This document shows positions 19,310 to 29,492 of a DNA stretch of 64,000 bases, piece after piece. The translations under genes and the position numbers were made by a program. The notes under the pieces are model-generated. The model was not told where the DNA came from. It was given only the letters and a program-made list of their open reading frames with translations, and searched no databases. Source of the DNA: Pelagomonas calceolata (taxonomy: Eukaryota); the NCBI GenBank assembly GCA_918797485.1, contig CAKKNE010000001.1, positions 2,418,001 through 2,482,000 on the forward strand, written 5' to 3'. How positions within the stretch are numbered: the first letter of the stretch is position 1; each line of letters begins with the position of its first letter.

Positions 19310-22300
19310 TCACCAGCGCCTCCCGAGGTTCCGCTGCTGCGGCGGCCCCCTACTATAATCCGGATCCTCATCTTGCCGAGCAGCAAGTTTGTAGGTCGCC
19401 TCCTTGAGCGACCTATCTTCCGCATCCCGTGCTTCTTTGTTGCGCCGCACTTGGGCCGCGAAGTTCGTGGTCTCGGGCACGTGGAGCTCGCGCGCCTCCG
19501 GTCGACCTCTAGCGCCTCTCTTCAACATCTTGAAATTCGCCATCCCGCCGAACGGCGACTTCGCGAGCGACTGGCCGTCGAAGCGCCGCAGCATCGACGG
19601 CGTCGCCATCGAGTCCGCCCCTGCGATCACTCGCCTTCTTTGCGCCGCCGCGTCGTCGAGCATCGTCTTCTCGAAGGCTCTTTCAAACGCCAAGTCATCA
19701 AACGACTTCTCCGGCGGCTTTTCCTCGTCCTCGTCGTCCTCCTCCTCCGCGGCGTCGTCGTCGGCCACAGCCTTGGTCTCCTCCTCCTCCTCTTCACCAT
19801 CAGACTCCGACTCCGACTCCGAGGACCCGGACTCGGACTCGGACGCCGTCTGTTGTTCATCATCGTCCTCGTCATCCTCGTCATCCTCCTCGATATCCGA
19901 GCGGCGCTGGCCCTCCACTGTGACAGGCTCCTCGGCGACCGGTCGGTGCTGCAGCATGAGCCTAGCTCTATTGGCAGCCAACCGCGCTCGACACGCGTCG
20001 TCGGCCGCGGCCCAGCCCTTGCGCAACGCGTAGACGTGGTCCGGGACCTTCGGCGGCGGCGGCCTGTTTCGCCGCCGAGCCTGTCTCGCGCGCCGCGGCC
20101 AGGACGCTTGTAAGGCCCGACGATGCCTCCTGACATCTTCCAAAGCGTCTAACAACGCATATCGAGGACCCAAGGGCGCCGACGGCTTCGCAAAAAAACT
20201 TCGTTGGATGTCATCCAAAGCGCTTTCCAGAGGACCGTGCGTCGTGATCGAAGCTAACAGGCAGGGCGCCGCCGTTTTTAGGAGAGCGCAACACAATGTA
20301 ATGCGCAAAAAGCACGACGGAGGATCTCCCGGGCACGGGACTCGCGGGTCGACCTCGATGCCTTCATCTAACCGATATAAGGCTGATGCTATCCTCGCGG
20401 CTTCATCGATGTCCTCACCGTCGCTTTCCTCCTCAGATTCATCCTCGTCGGATCTTTCCATCATAAGAGCGTCGGCGCGCCGTTTCTCGATTTTCTTCCG
20501 CGCGTCCTCGGACGCCTTCGCGGCTCTATAAGCCATGTGCGCCTCGAAGCCCGGTGTTACACTATGACCGCGTCCGAGTAATCGTTCCACAATACCAAAG
20601 ACATGGGCCGAACTCAAGAGGGAAAAGTTGTAGCACTCTCCCAACAGTGCAGCGTACGCTACTAATCTTTGAGCCGTCCGCAACGCTCGTAGAGGCGGTG
20701 GTGTGGAGACACCTTCGTCGAATTCATCTAATATTTGATCTACCACTCGCGCGGTAACCTCCGGCCGGAACTGATGGAGACCCGCGAGACAATCAGCAGC
20801 TAAAGGTACGGCATCGGCCTTCGACCGAGCTAGCTTGAGCACGAACTTCGCTATGAGTGACGCTTCGTTCGTGTCCCAGGGCAGCGATCGTAATGCCCGT
20901 ATCACGCTCTCGACGTTTTTCTCGGTGCCGTCGCACAACCGAATCATCACGAGCCACTCGATAAATTGGTACAATTCGGTCCGCGGTTTCAAGACGACGG
21001 CTTGTTTCTCGGGCGGGTTCGCGCGATCGCAGGCGTACGAAACTAGCGCAGCATCCCTCTGGTTCAAGGGCTTCGCCGACTTCATCTTCGACATGCTTTG
21101 TAAAATGCGCGCGGTCCGCTCCTTCGTCGGTGCGCTCCTCAGTAAAAACCCGCCGCACGTCTCGATCAGCGAGCAGCAGTAGTCGACGGCGTGGCCCGAG
21201 AAGTCCTCCAAACACCGTTTACAATGCACGAACACGAGATGCGGCGGCGCGACCCGAAACTTCGACAATTCACCTAGGAAGCGCGCGTTCCGCAGCTTCC
21301 CCTCCAGGTTATGTAATTTTTTGCCCTTGAAGAGCCACCTAAATTCTCGTGCTAACTCTTGACATAGTAACTCGCCCACATCTGAATACGCTTGCGAGAC
21401 GACGGCCGCGATCCGCGAGTACTGGGGGAGCAAATCTAAAGCTGTTCGAGGGCAGGCATAGAGAGCCTTGACCAATCTTTTCCTCGCTTTGCCCGTAGCT
21501 AAACCTTCACAAAATTTCAAGGCCAATGCATCTGCTCTGTCGCGACTGTGACAAGCAGGTAACTCCTCAGTTAACAACAGCCCGACGGCGTCCCTCGGTT
21601 CGTTATCCTCGACAGTAGGCTCGACCACGTCGTCGTTATCCTCCGCAACGACCGTCGACGCGTTCTCCAAACCCTCGGCCTCGGCGCCCGCCAGCGTCTT
21701 CGCGCCCCGCCACAGCGCCCGGATCGATTCTCTTTTAGCTTGCAACTCCGCGACCTTGGCCGGATCCAGCCCCAGCGCCGGCGCCGGCACGACGTCCAGA
21801 ATGTTCGGGTAGTCCTCGTAGAACGTTCTGGCCGCGTCGTCGTCGTAAGCACCTGCAGACTCGGACCTAGAGCCGCGCTCCGCCGTCCACAACGAGAGCT
21901 CGCCCTTGTCGTCCTCCTCCTCGCTGTCGTCGCCGTCCAAGAGCACGGGAGGGTCGATATCTAGCGCATCGCACAAGGCCGAGACTTCCTTCACGAGCTT
22001 TTCTCTGGCTTTCCTGGCGTCCTCTAGGGCCTTTTCTTTTTCTTCGGTTAAGGAGCCGTGGTTCAGGGCGTCCCGCGCGGCCTTCCGTTCTAAGGATCTC
22101 AGAGCTTCGTGGTCCGATAGTAGTTTGCTCGAGACGCGTTTAGTAGCCTCGAGAGCGAGTTGCGCTAACGACGCGGGGTCCTCCACAACGGTAGCACGAG
22201 TGTACGTCTCCCCGACCTCCGCGATGAGTAATCGCGCCTTGCGAGAAGTCACACCACACAACTCTTCCCCTCCCGTCTTCAGAAAAGCGCCTAGCAAAGG

Positions 22301-23227
22301 AGCGTCGACGGGGAATCGAACCTTACCTTTGGGACCGACGCCGCAGCACCTTCTTAAAAGTGGATCTACTACTTCAGATGAGATGATGCCGTGCAAAACA
22401 AGTTCTAGCAACAATTTCAGCGCCGCCCTTTGCCTCTTGTCATCCGCATCGTCGCTGCGTTCTTCCACGACAATAAGCAACTTCTTCTGCACCTCGCCAG
22501 AGAAGGTCTCGAATCTCGAATGCAACGCGCCGCACACGCGAGCCAGTGCGCTACAGTCGCGATCTTTCGTTTTCCTCGTTTCGGACACCGCGTCGACCAG
22601 CTCGGACACGTACCTCGTTAAATTGAGCGCCTTGATGTCATTCAGGAGCTTCGCCTCATCGTCGGCCGTGATCCCGAGCTGCACTTTCCGCACTAAAGTC
22701 GTGCACTTCTTGAGGTCGCTTTTTAAGCTTCTAAGCTTCTCTCGGTGGGTTTTCCTACTTTGAGCTAGAGCTTCGGGCGCGTTCGCAAGTCGCGCGTCCG
22801 CTCGTAACGACGCCTGCGTCCGCAGGTCAGCAACAGCCCTCTCGGCCTCCTGGCGCCGTTGTAAGGCGCGCCGTTCCTCGTCGGCCTTCTTCTGCTTCTC
22901 CGCCGCGATGGCGTCCAATCGGCACTGGGCCGACGACGCGGCTTTGGAAGCTTCGGCGTCGAGAGCTGCTTTCGCGACCTTGTCCGCCGCACGAGCGTCT
23001 TCCACGGCGCGCTGCTTGGGCGTGGGCTTCCGTGGCTTCGGCGGTTGTTTGGCGTCGCGCTTTTTGGGCGGCGGCTTCGGCTTGTCGCTGCCCTTGCCCT
23101 TGCCCTTGGCACCGCCGCGGCCGCGGCCGCCCGCCTTGCCGTCGTCACCGCGGCCGCGGCCGCGGCCGCGGCCGCCGCGGCCGCCGCGGCTGCGCCGGCC
23201 CTCGGACGGGGCGGAGGGTCCGCCCAT
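19310..23227 (-). CDS. UPF2: regulator of nonsense transcripts 2 (UPF2, MIF4G domains)
   Basis: LKSDLKKCTTLVRK, LNLTRYVSELV, LDLLPQYSRIAA, RNARFLGELSKF, LLGECYNF; acidic linker and C-terminal UPF1-binding region. Confidence 0.9.
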   Translation of the reverse strand: MGGPSAPSEGRRSRGGRGGRGRGRGRGDDGKAGGRGRGGAKGKGKGSDKPKPPPKKRDAKQPPKPRKPTPKQRAVEDARAADKVAKAALDAEASKAASSAQCRLDAIAAEKQKKADEERRALQRRQEAERAVADLRTQASLRADARLANAPEALAQSRKTHREKLRSLKSDLKKCTTLVRKVQLGITADDEAKLLNDIKALNLTRYVSELVDAVSETRKTKDRDCSALARVCGALHSRFETFSGEVQKKLLIVVEERSDDADDKRQRAALKLLLELVLHGIISSEVVDPLLRRCCGVGPKGKVRFPVDAPLLGAFLKTGGEELCGVTSRKARLLIAEVGETYTRATVVEDPASLAQLALEATKRVSSKLLSDHEALRSLERKAARDALNHGSLTEEKEKALEDARKAREKLVKEVSALCDALDIDPPVLLDGDDSEEEDDKGELSLWTAERGSRSESAGAYDDDAARTFYEDYPNILDVVPAPALGLDPAKVAELQAKRESIRALWRGAKTLAGAEAEGLENASTVVAEDNDDVVEPTVEDNEPRDAVGLLLTEELPACHSRDRADALALKFCEGLATGKARKRLVKALYACPRTALDLLPQYSRIAAVVSQAYSDVGELLCQELAREFRWLFKGKKLHNLEGKLRNARFLGELSKFRVAPPHLVFVHCKRCLEDFSGHAVDYCCSLIETCGGFLLRSAPTKERTARILQSMSKMKSAKPLNQRDAALVSYACDRANPPEKQAVVLKPRTELYQFIEWLVMIRLCDGTEKNVESVIRALRSLPWDTNEASLIAKFVLKLARSKADAVPLAADCLAGLHQFRPEVTARVVDQILDEFDEGVSTPPPLRALRTAQRLVAYAALLGECYNFSLLSSAHVFGIVERLLGRGHSVTPGFEAHMAYRAAKASEDARKKIEKRRADALMMERSDEDESEEESDGEDIDEAARIASALYRLDEGIEVDPRVPCPGDPPSCFLRITLCCALLKTAAPCLLASITTHGPLESALDDIQRSFFAKPSAPLGPRYALLDALEDVRRHRRALQASWPRRARQARRRNRPPPPKVPDHVYALRKGWAAADDACRARLAANRARLMLQHRPVAEEPVTVEGQRRSDIEEDDEDDEDDDEQQTASESESGSSESESESDGEEEEEETKAVADDDAAEEEDDEDEEKPPEKSFDDLAFERAFEKTMLDDAAAQRRRVIAGADSMATPSMLRRFDGQSLAKSPFGGMANFKMLKRGARGRPEARELHVPETTNFAAQVRRNKEARDAEDRSLKEATYKLAARQDEDPDYSRGPPQQRNLGRRW

Positions 23228-23409
23228 CGGATCGCTACGCTATCCGGAGAGGCCCTCTAAGCGAGGCCGCTCTCTGGTTTTTTTGGTACTGCTGCTCGGC
23301 GAGGAGACGAAGCGCGGCGGCAACTGCAGCGATGAGCCGTTGTAGACGCCTTGCTATGCACGTCTAGCTGAGCTGACGGCCACCGCGCGAGCCTGGGCTC
23401 GGGTGATTA

Positions 23410-23430
23410 CTAGTGTCTTACAGCCGCTAG
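23410..23430 (+). promoter_or_regulatory. CTAG-box motif copy (consensus, divergent promoter)
   Basis: CTAGTGTCTTACAGCCGCTAG between UPF2 (-) and the macrodomain gene (+). Confidence 0.65.
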
Positions 23431-23526
23431 CTATCGTGCGGCGCTTTGACCTCTCGATCGTGCCTCAAAACCAGCCTATCGATCGCCGTCGCTGGTGTGA
23501 ATTAGCCTTTGCCAGTGCTGCCATTG

Positions 23527-24174
23527 ATGCGCTTGTTACTGATCGCATTCATCCCGATGGCGGCCGCAGCCATGCTGCGCTTCCGAGTGCCAGGCGCGAA
23601 GCGACTGCTGGCAATATCGCAGGGCGACCTCACGCGCTGGGTGCCGCCGGCGCAGCCGTCGGCCATCGTGAATGCGGCGAACGAGCGGTGCCTCGGCGGC
23701 GGTGGTGTGGATGGCGCAATCCACAAGGCGGCGGGGCCCGAACTGCGGAAGTTGTGCGAGGCGCTGCCCGAGGTCGCGCCCGGCGTGCGGTGCCCCACGG
23801 GCGACGCTGTTTCGACAAAAGCGTGCGGTGCGCTGCAGTCGACGCACGTCATCTATACGGTCGGACCGAACGTGTCCGGACGGCGCTACGAGAGCGACGT
23901 GTCCGGCGACGCTACGACTGACCCGGCGAAACTTCCCGCCGCCTATCGTCGAACCTTCGAAGTTGCGTCCGAACTAGGTTTAGCTGCGGTCGCGCTGCCG
24001 GCCGTGTCGTGCGGCGTCTTCGGCTACCCCCTCGCCGACGCGGCGCGCATCGGGACGCGGGCGGCCGTCGCGTCGAATATCGACTACGTCGAGTTCGTGC
24101 TCTTCTCCGACGACCTCTACGACATCTTCGCGACCGCCGCCGAGGACGCGTGCGGGCCACCAGAAGTAACCTAG
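23527..24174 (+). CDS. MacroD-type macrodomain (ADP-ribose hydrolase)
   Basis: QGDLT, AIVNAAN, GGGGVDGAIHKAAG, VIYTVGP, PAVSCGVFGYP. Confidence 0.92.
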   Translation: MRLLLIAFIPMAAAAMLRFRVPGAKRLLAISQGDLTRWVPPAQPSAIVNAANERCLGGGGVDGAIHKAAGPELRKLCEALPEVAPGVRCPTGDAVSTKACGALQSTHVIYTVGPNVSGRRYESDVSGDATTDPAKLPAAYRRTFEVASELGLAAVALPAVSCGVFGYPLADAARIGTRAAVASNIDYVEFVLFSDDLYDIFATAAEDACGPPEVT

Positions 24175-24213
24175 GAATAATTACTGACACACGTCGACGC
24201 CGTCGGCGCTCTC

Positions 24214-25110
24214 TCATGACATAGCGAAGCGCCGCACGTCCGCCCGGCAGTTCGGGCACGCCGCCGGAACAATCAAAGGGAACTGCAGCGCCGCGACCTC
24301 GCCGCCGCAGCTCCCGCAGAAGAAGCCCCGCCGGAGCGTCAGCGCGGTCGAGGGCGCGTCGTCGAAGTCCCCGGCGTCGTCGTCCGCGGCGAGGCCCTCC
24401 AGCTGCGCGCAGAGCGCCGCGACGTCGTTGCCGCGGGGCGCGCAGCGGAAGAGGTGCTTCTGCTGCGAGGCCACGATTTGTAGAATATCGAAGGCGCACC
24501 CATTCTCACCCGACCGTTGCACTTCCCAGGCGTCCCTTTCATCAGATATCGCTCCGGCGACGTCCGGCTTCGCCCGCTTCGCAAGACCAGTCGTCAATAA
24601 AGTCACGACGTCCACGCCACACACGGGCATGCACAGGTAGACGCCACCGTCATCGAGGACGCGCTGCACACTGCGCAAAAAAGCGTCCCTTCTCGCAAAC
24701 GACGCGTCGGGCGCCGAGACAAAACAATCCAAGCAGCCCTTGTCGAGCACGACGTCGAAGGAATTGTCTTCCAATGAAAATAGGGACGAGGCGTCTTCGA
24801 CGAGGTAGATGACGCCCTCCTTTCTGGCGTTGTTGGCGCTGATCACCGTCTCCGAGAAGTCGACTCCCGTCACGTCCGCATGCTGCGCCAGAGCTGATAA
24901 GTGAGACGCCGTGCCGCAGCCCACGTCGAGCACGCGGCCTCTTCGTTTAAACCGCCGTAATTCCCGTCTGCAAGCAGCATACATGGCGCCCGCGGCCGAG
25001 TACCAGTCGTAGACCTCCTCGTCGTCGTAAAACGCGTCCCAGTATTTTGGAGTTTGGAAGGCGTCGTCGGCGTCGTCCGCATCGTCCGCGTCTTGGACGT
25101 GCTCGCTCAT
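24214..25110 (-). CDS. class I SAM methyltransferase (EEF1AKMT4/METTL13-like)
   Basis: YWDAFY...YDWY, VLDVGCG, FDVVLDKGCLD; C-terminal CxxC...CxxC. Confidence 0.85.
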   Translation of the reverse strand: MSEHVQDADDADDADDAFQTPKYWDAFYDDEEVYDWYSAAGAMYAACRRELRRFKRRGRVLDVGCGTASHLSALAQHADVTGVDFSETVISANNARKEGVIYLVEDASSLFSLEDNSFDVVLDKGCLDCFVSAPDASFARRDAFLRSVQRVLDDGGVYLCMPVCGVDVVTLLTTGLAKRAKPDVAGAISDERDAWEVQRSGENGCAFDILQIVASQQKHLFRCAPRGNDVAALCAQLEGLAADDDAGDFDDAPSTALTLRRGFFCGSCGGEVAALQFPLIVPAACPNCRADVRRFAMS

Positions 25111-25325
25111 GGTCTGCGACGCAGTAATGCGCGCGTGCGTGCTCGTAGGCGAGCGCTGCAATGTGCTGCACAGAGAGCACCGAGCGATTGCACTGCACCA
25201 GGGCTGAGCGATGGTGTGGGTGCACTGCACTGGTCAAGCTTCGTCCTGAGGCACGTTTCAGCTTGTTGGATACCCCTTTGCACCTTGAACAGCCTTGCAC
25301 AACCTTGCACTCGCACAGTGATTAG

Positions 25326-25347
25326 CTAGCGGGCTGTAAGACACTAG
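25326..25347 (-). promoter_or_regulatory. CTAG-box motif copy
   Basis: Minus strand CTAGTGTCTTACAGCCCGCTAG upstream of the methyltransferase. Confidence 0.6.
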
Positions 25348-25369
25348 CAAAAAAGCAAGTTATCGATCT

Positions 25370-25421
25370 GCCGCTGATGAATCGGCGACGCGCGGTGTCA
25401 CTAGTCCTAGCACCGTAACAT
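25370..25421 (+). repeat. dispersed repeat family 2
   Basis: GCCGCTGATGAATCGGCGACGCGCGGTGTC...AGCACCGTAACAT, near-identical to the reverse complement of 46595-46645. Confidence 0.8.
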
Positions 25422-25437
25422 GATAGAATCACACAAG

Positions 25438-26274
25438 CTAAACAACAAATGCAGGCGCCCCGCCAACCGGCGCGTCTTCCCGCGCGAGCCAGCTCTCGTA
25501 CGCCGCGAAGCGCTCCTCGAACGCGGGCGCGTCCGCGTCCGCTTCTGCCAAAAATCGCACCGACGACGCTTCGAGGAGCACGCGCGCGCAGTGGTACGCG
25601 TAGGAACTATCGCACGCGTAGCCGCCGCCGCGCGCGCCGCGACCGTCGAGCGCCGCCGCCTGATTGTCTGTGAGGTGCACGCAGCAGTTCCCCAGTCCGC
25701 CGACCTCTCTCCTTAATTGCTCGCGCACCCTATATTTGCTAGACCACAGCGCGCCGCCCGTTTCGGACGCGTCCACGACGAACACGGTCAGCGGCGCGTC
25801 CTGCGTCCAGGTCAGCGCCGCCTTCCAGCGCGCGCCGGCGTGGGGCCCGCCGGGCGGTCCCGTCGGTAGGGGACTCTCGCCGTACCAGCAGTTGGTCTCG
25901 AGCCAGTCCTCGCCGGAATAGAGGGCGAGGCACGTGGCGACGGCGCCTTGCTTGCCGATGGCGACCTCGGCGTCGTGGAGGATTTTTCCACCGCACTGCT
26001 CTATCCACGCGCGGGCGGAGCCTGCTTGGGCGTGGGCCGTCGGCCAGACCGTGACAATCACAGCGTGCGGCGAGGTGCTACAGAACGTGCGCGCGTCGGT
26101 TGCGGACATTTCAGCCTTCATTGATGGTGGCCCTGGTCGAGAAATCTGCCGCGTTGGCAAGCGTGCAGTAGCTAGACGATAACTGTGCCGCGTCGGCAGG
26201 CGTGCGAGGGAGCTCAAGCCAGCGCCGCACCCCAGCAGTGAGAGCGGGAGAGCTATGTTGTTGCTGTACGGCAT
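25438..26274 (-). CDS. hypothetical protein
   Basis: ATG-started ORF with globular composition; true start may be 26121. Confidence 0.65.
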   Translation of the reverse strand: MPYSNNIALPLSLLGCGAGLSSLARLPTRHSYRLATARLPTRQISRPGPPSMKAEMSATDARTFCSTSPHAVIVTVWPTAHAQAGSARAWIEQCGGKILHDAEVAIGKQGAVATCLALYSGEDWLETNCWYGESPLPTGPPGGPHAGARWKAALTWTQDAPLTVFVVDASETGGALWSSKYRVREQLRREVGGLGNCCVHLTDNQAAALDGRGARGGGYACDSSYAYHCARVLLEASSVRFLAEADADAPAFEERFAAYESWLAREDAPVGGAPAFVV

Positions 26275-26398
26275 AGAGCGCAGGAAAGAGCAGGCGAAGC
26301 TGCAGCTGGGTGGTCGAATAGATCAAAACACCCACGTTTATCTCAATGTGCAGCGTGTGCTTGCTTAACCAGCCTAAAAAGAGTGTGAAAAAGCAGTC

Positions 26399-26419
26399 CT
26401 AGTATGTTACGGCCGCTAG
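26399..26419 (+). promoter_or_regulatory. CTAG-box motif copy (divergent promoter)
   Basis: CTAGTATGTTACGGCCGCTAG. Confidence 0.6.
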
Positions 26420-26587
26420 CAAGCTCGATCTGACTAATACGGTTCGCGGCCAGCTGTCCGGCCTTGCGCCACCCACGCTACTCATACCTTTGGCAAGACC
26501 ATTCCGAAAGCCGTGGCAAGCCACGCCAGCGACGCCTGGCAACCCTGTCAGCTACAGCCGCCAGCACACAGCCAAAACCAGCTCACC

Positions 26588-27931
26588 ATGCTGGTGCGCC
26601 GCCACCTAAGGTCGCTGGTACGACGCGCCAGCTCCACGACCCCGCAAAAGCAGCTCCAACTCCAGAACAACCGCCTGCGCCTGAAGCGCGAGCGGCCCGC
26701 GAGCTACGCCGATGCTTGTGCCAGCCTCGAGGAACAACGGTCAAGACCTTTAGACGAGGCGACGTATTCTGTCTTAATTAGGAACGCCGTCGAGGCCGGC
26801 GACGTTGCAGGCGGGCAGGAGATCCTGGAACGGATGACGCGGAATAATGTCAGGAGAAAGCGACGGGCCTACGCGCCCCTCCTCGCGGCACTGAGCCACA
26901 ACCAACAAAAAGATGAGGTCGAGGCGCTCTGGGCGAAGATGGTCAGAGATGGCGTGAAGCCCGACCAGATGGATTTAGCAAGGTTGTTCGCAGCGGCGCC
27001 CTCCCATGATATTCTACAAAGGATGGCCGACGACGCGGCGCGTTGTGGAGCTTTTGAAATCAAAATGGAGACAGCTAAAGCGCTGGAGTCCGGGCCCTGG
27101 CGCGCGCGCTATGAACGCGTCGATACTGATGAAGGTGTCACGTCGCACGGGCAGTTGCGAAGACTGGCGCTCGATTCCGATGATAAAGCAGCGTTGCGGA
27201 AAGCTTTATTAGATAGAGCCGAGGCCGGAGCGAGACCGGACGGCGTCAGATTACTCAAAGAGTTCGGGGAGCGCTGGGATGAGCATGTACATGAGGATAG
27301 TGAGAAAAGACGGCGGGAGGGCCGGAAACCGGCCGTGCGCGTCTGTGTCGATGGCGCGAACGTGGCCTGGTACGGCCAGAACCACAGTCGAGGCGGTTTT
27401 TCTCATGCGCAACTGGATCACGCGATGTCTCGATTATCACAACTCTTTGACGACGAAGCCTACGAGCCTACTTTGTTCCTCCCTAGGAAACATGTGAAGC
27501 GCCTGCACGGCCACCGCAGGAAACTTGTTGAGTCATGGAGTTCATTCCTGATAGACGTCCCGCGCGGAGTCGACGACGACTGGTTCTGGATGCGAGCCAC
27601 GTTATCAGATGAGTCGGAGCACGCCTTCGCCGTGACGAACGATGCGGCGCGGGACCATCATCTGGCGCACGTGGCGCCGCGAGCTTTTAGACGGTGGCTC
27701 CGGCGGCACGTTTTGCGGTTCGAGTTTGCGCGCGATGGCGACGATGCCGAGGTATTGCTGAGGACGAAAGGCGGCCAACGGAGTGCTGGTCAGCATTTTG
27801 TGCTGGGCGAGCCGCCGGCCTTTAGCACGGAGTGCCAGCGAGTGGGCGACGCGTGGCTCCTTCCTCTCCAGACAAAACATTCCAAGGACTGGAATCGAAG
27901 GTCGCGGACCTGGTTGTCGTTGCATCCTTAA
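26588..27931 (+). CDS. PRORP: protein-only RNase P (PPR + NYN domain), probably mitochondrial
   Basis: PPR repeats; VDGANVAWYGQN, DDDWFWM, VTNDAARDH catalytic motifs; presequence-like N-terminus from ATG 26588. Confidence 0.88.
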   Translation: MLVRRHLRSLVRRASSTTPQKQLQLQNNRLRLKRERPASYADACASLEEQRSRPLDEATYSVLIRNAVEAGDVAGGQEILERMTRNNVRRKRRAYAPLLAALSHNQQKDEVEALWAKMVRDGVKPDQMDLARLFAAAPSHDILQRMADDAARCGAFEIKMETAKALESGPWRARYERVDTDEGVTSHGQLRRLALDSDDKAALRKALLDRAEAGARPDGVRLLKEFGERWDEHVHEDSEKRRREGRKPAVRVCVDGANVAWYGQNHSRGGFSHAQLDHAMSRLSQLFDDEAYEPTLFLPRKHVKRLHGHRRKLVESWSSFLIDVPRGVDDDWFWMRATLSDESEHAFAVTNDAARDHHLAHVAPRAFRRWLRRHVLRFEFARDGDDAEVLLRTKGGQRSAGQHFVLGEPPAFSTECQRVGDAWLLPLQTKHSKDWNRRSRTWLSLHP

Positions 27932-27934
27932 ATT

Positions 27935-28483
27935 TTAAGTTGTGTTATCGTCATCTATGAGAGGTGGGGGCGCCTCGACGTATTCGAGGACGCCCTCCTC
28001 GTCGGGCGTGGGGGGTCGGTAGGGCGGCTCGGGCTCCTCCACCGGCGCCCAGGCCTTGATCTTCGCCTCGAGCTCGCGATATAAAGCCTCATCTTCAGCC
28101 TCCGTGTTCTTCTTCTTCTTCCGTCGACGGCGTTGCGGTGCTGGCGGCTTCACACCCCCAAAGACCAACTCGGGCGGCGGCGGCACGTAGCCGCGCATGC
28201 CCCACTTTAACCGTCGCTCCCCCCGGGGATCGACGAAGTTCCGGTCCGAAATCGTCAGCTCGTACAAATTCGGCTCACCCTCCCACCGGCCTTTCGTCGA
28301 CCCGCGGCAGTAGCCGTTCTTCGTCAGCGGTAGTCTACATGAATCGTGGCCGCACGTACTAATAGAACATTCCAGGTTCGGCGTGACCTGGCGGTGGCAC
28401 CAGCAGCCGCAGCAGGGCTTGGGGGGGACCTTTTTCAGGGATTTCTTGGGCTTGGGCAAGGGTGGTGGTGGTTGGGCGGGCAT
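27935..28483 (-). CDS. hypothetical protein (Cys-rich N-half)
   Basis: ATG at 28483; convergent with PRORP. Confidence 0.5.
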   Translation of the reverse strand: MPAQPPPPLPKPKKSLKKVPPKPCCGCWCHRQVTPNLECSISTCGHDSCRLPLTKNGYCRGSTKGRWEGEPNLYELTISDRNFVDPRGERRLKWGMRGYVPPPPELVFGGVKPPAPQRRRRKKKKNTEAEDEALYRELEAKIKAWAPVEEPEPPYRPPTPDEEGVLEYVEAPPPLIDDDNTT

Positions 28484-28563
28484 CGCTGCAGTTGTGATGC
28501 GTCGTCGGCGTGCGGAGGCAGCCCTCCGCACTGGCCCAGCGCCTCGCACCACAAGAGGTACCT

Positions 28564-28663
28564 GGTACTATACTTGTAGGGTAAGGTACCTTGCGCACAG
28601 GATGGCGCCACCACGAGAGGTACTATACTTGTAGGGTAAGGTACCTTGCGCACAGGATGGCGC
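28564..28663. repeat. tandem duplication, two identical 45-bp units (period 55)
   Basis: GGTACTATACTTGTAGGGTAAGGTACCTTGCGCACAGGATGGCGC at 28564-28608 and 28619-28663. Confidence 0.9.
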
Positions 28664-28727
28664 GCCCCGCACGTTTGTGAGAAGACGTACGGGAAAAAAT
28701 ATGATTAAACACGTCCTAAAACATCCA

Positions 28728-29492
28728 TCACGCCGCCTTCTTCTTCGCCCCGAGGCCGAGCGCCTTCATAATGCCGAGCGAGATCTTGTAGAACCAGAAG
28801 TAGTTCATCACCGTCGCAAAAATCAACATCGCCAGGAGGAACCCTACGAGGAAGGCGGGCAGCTCCCGCACGTCGTCGCGCGCGGCGTATAAGGCGGCGG
28901 CCGTCGCCGGCGACGCGTAGATCCGCGTCGGCACGTACGACAGGAACAGCATCAACCCGCAGGCCGTCCTCTGGGGTTTGAGCTTCATCTTCGAGAAGAA
29001 CCAGATCCCATTCAAAAACGGCGTCGAGAGCTCGCAGAGGATCCAGATGACGTAGAGTAGGGTGCATTTTCGATAGGACGCCACGATACAATACGAACAG
29101 ATGGCCGCAACATGATGCAAGAAGACGAGGGGCCCGCCGTCGTATTTCTTGTGTTTTTTCCCATTGATCAGCAGGTCAACAAAATCATGTAGCAAATACC
29201 CACCGGTGTGCGCCAGCGCAAAGACGCCCTTCGCATCGTGCGCGTGGATTAAGGTGGCCGCACACGTCCAGCACTCATAGTCCCGCAAACAACGCCAGGC
29301 GAGCGCCACCGCTATCGGCGCGTGCGTCAGCGAGACGAGGCGCCCGGTCCAGCCCGTTTGGTCGAAGGGCGACAACTCGTTATAGGTCGTGCTGTACTTC
29401 GTGGAGAGCGCCGCGTAGGCTCTCCCCAGTAAGTTGTAGGCGACGAGGAAGCCGCCGATGTGGACGAGGATGTCCCGGTCGACTGCGATCAT
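28728..29492 (-). CDS. TLC (TRAM/LAG1/CLN8) domain membrane protein, TMEM56-like
   Basis: RLVSLTHA, GYLLHD, FLHH, ELSTPFLN, MNYFWFYKI. Confidence 0.88.
   Translation of the reverse strand: MIAVDRDILVHIGGFLVAYNLLGRAYAALSTKYSTTYNELSPFDQTGWTGRLVSLTHAPIAVALAWRCLRDYECWTCAATLIHAHDAKGVFALAHTGGYLLHDFVDLLINGKKHKKYDGGPLVFLHHVAAICSYCIVASYRKCTLLYVIWILCELSTPFLNGIWFFSKMKLKPQRTACGLMLFLSYVPTRIYASPATAAALYAARDDVRELPAFLVGFLLAMLIFATVMNYFWFYKISLGIMKALGLGAKKKAA

Noticed and set aside
23116..23190. GCCGCG hexamer repeats
   Set aside because: Encode RG/RGG repeats at the UPF2 N-terminus
28564..28663. 45-bp repeat pair as a mini-CRISPR or telomeric seed
   Set aside because: Only two units, with a 10-bp gap resembling the sequence before unit 1; GTAGGGTAAGG is not a regular telomere array
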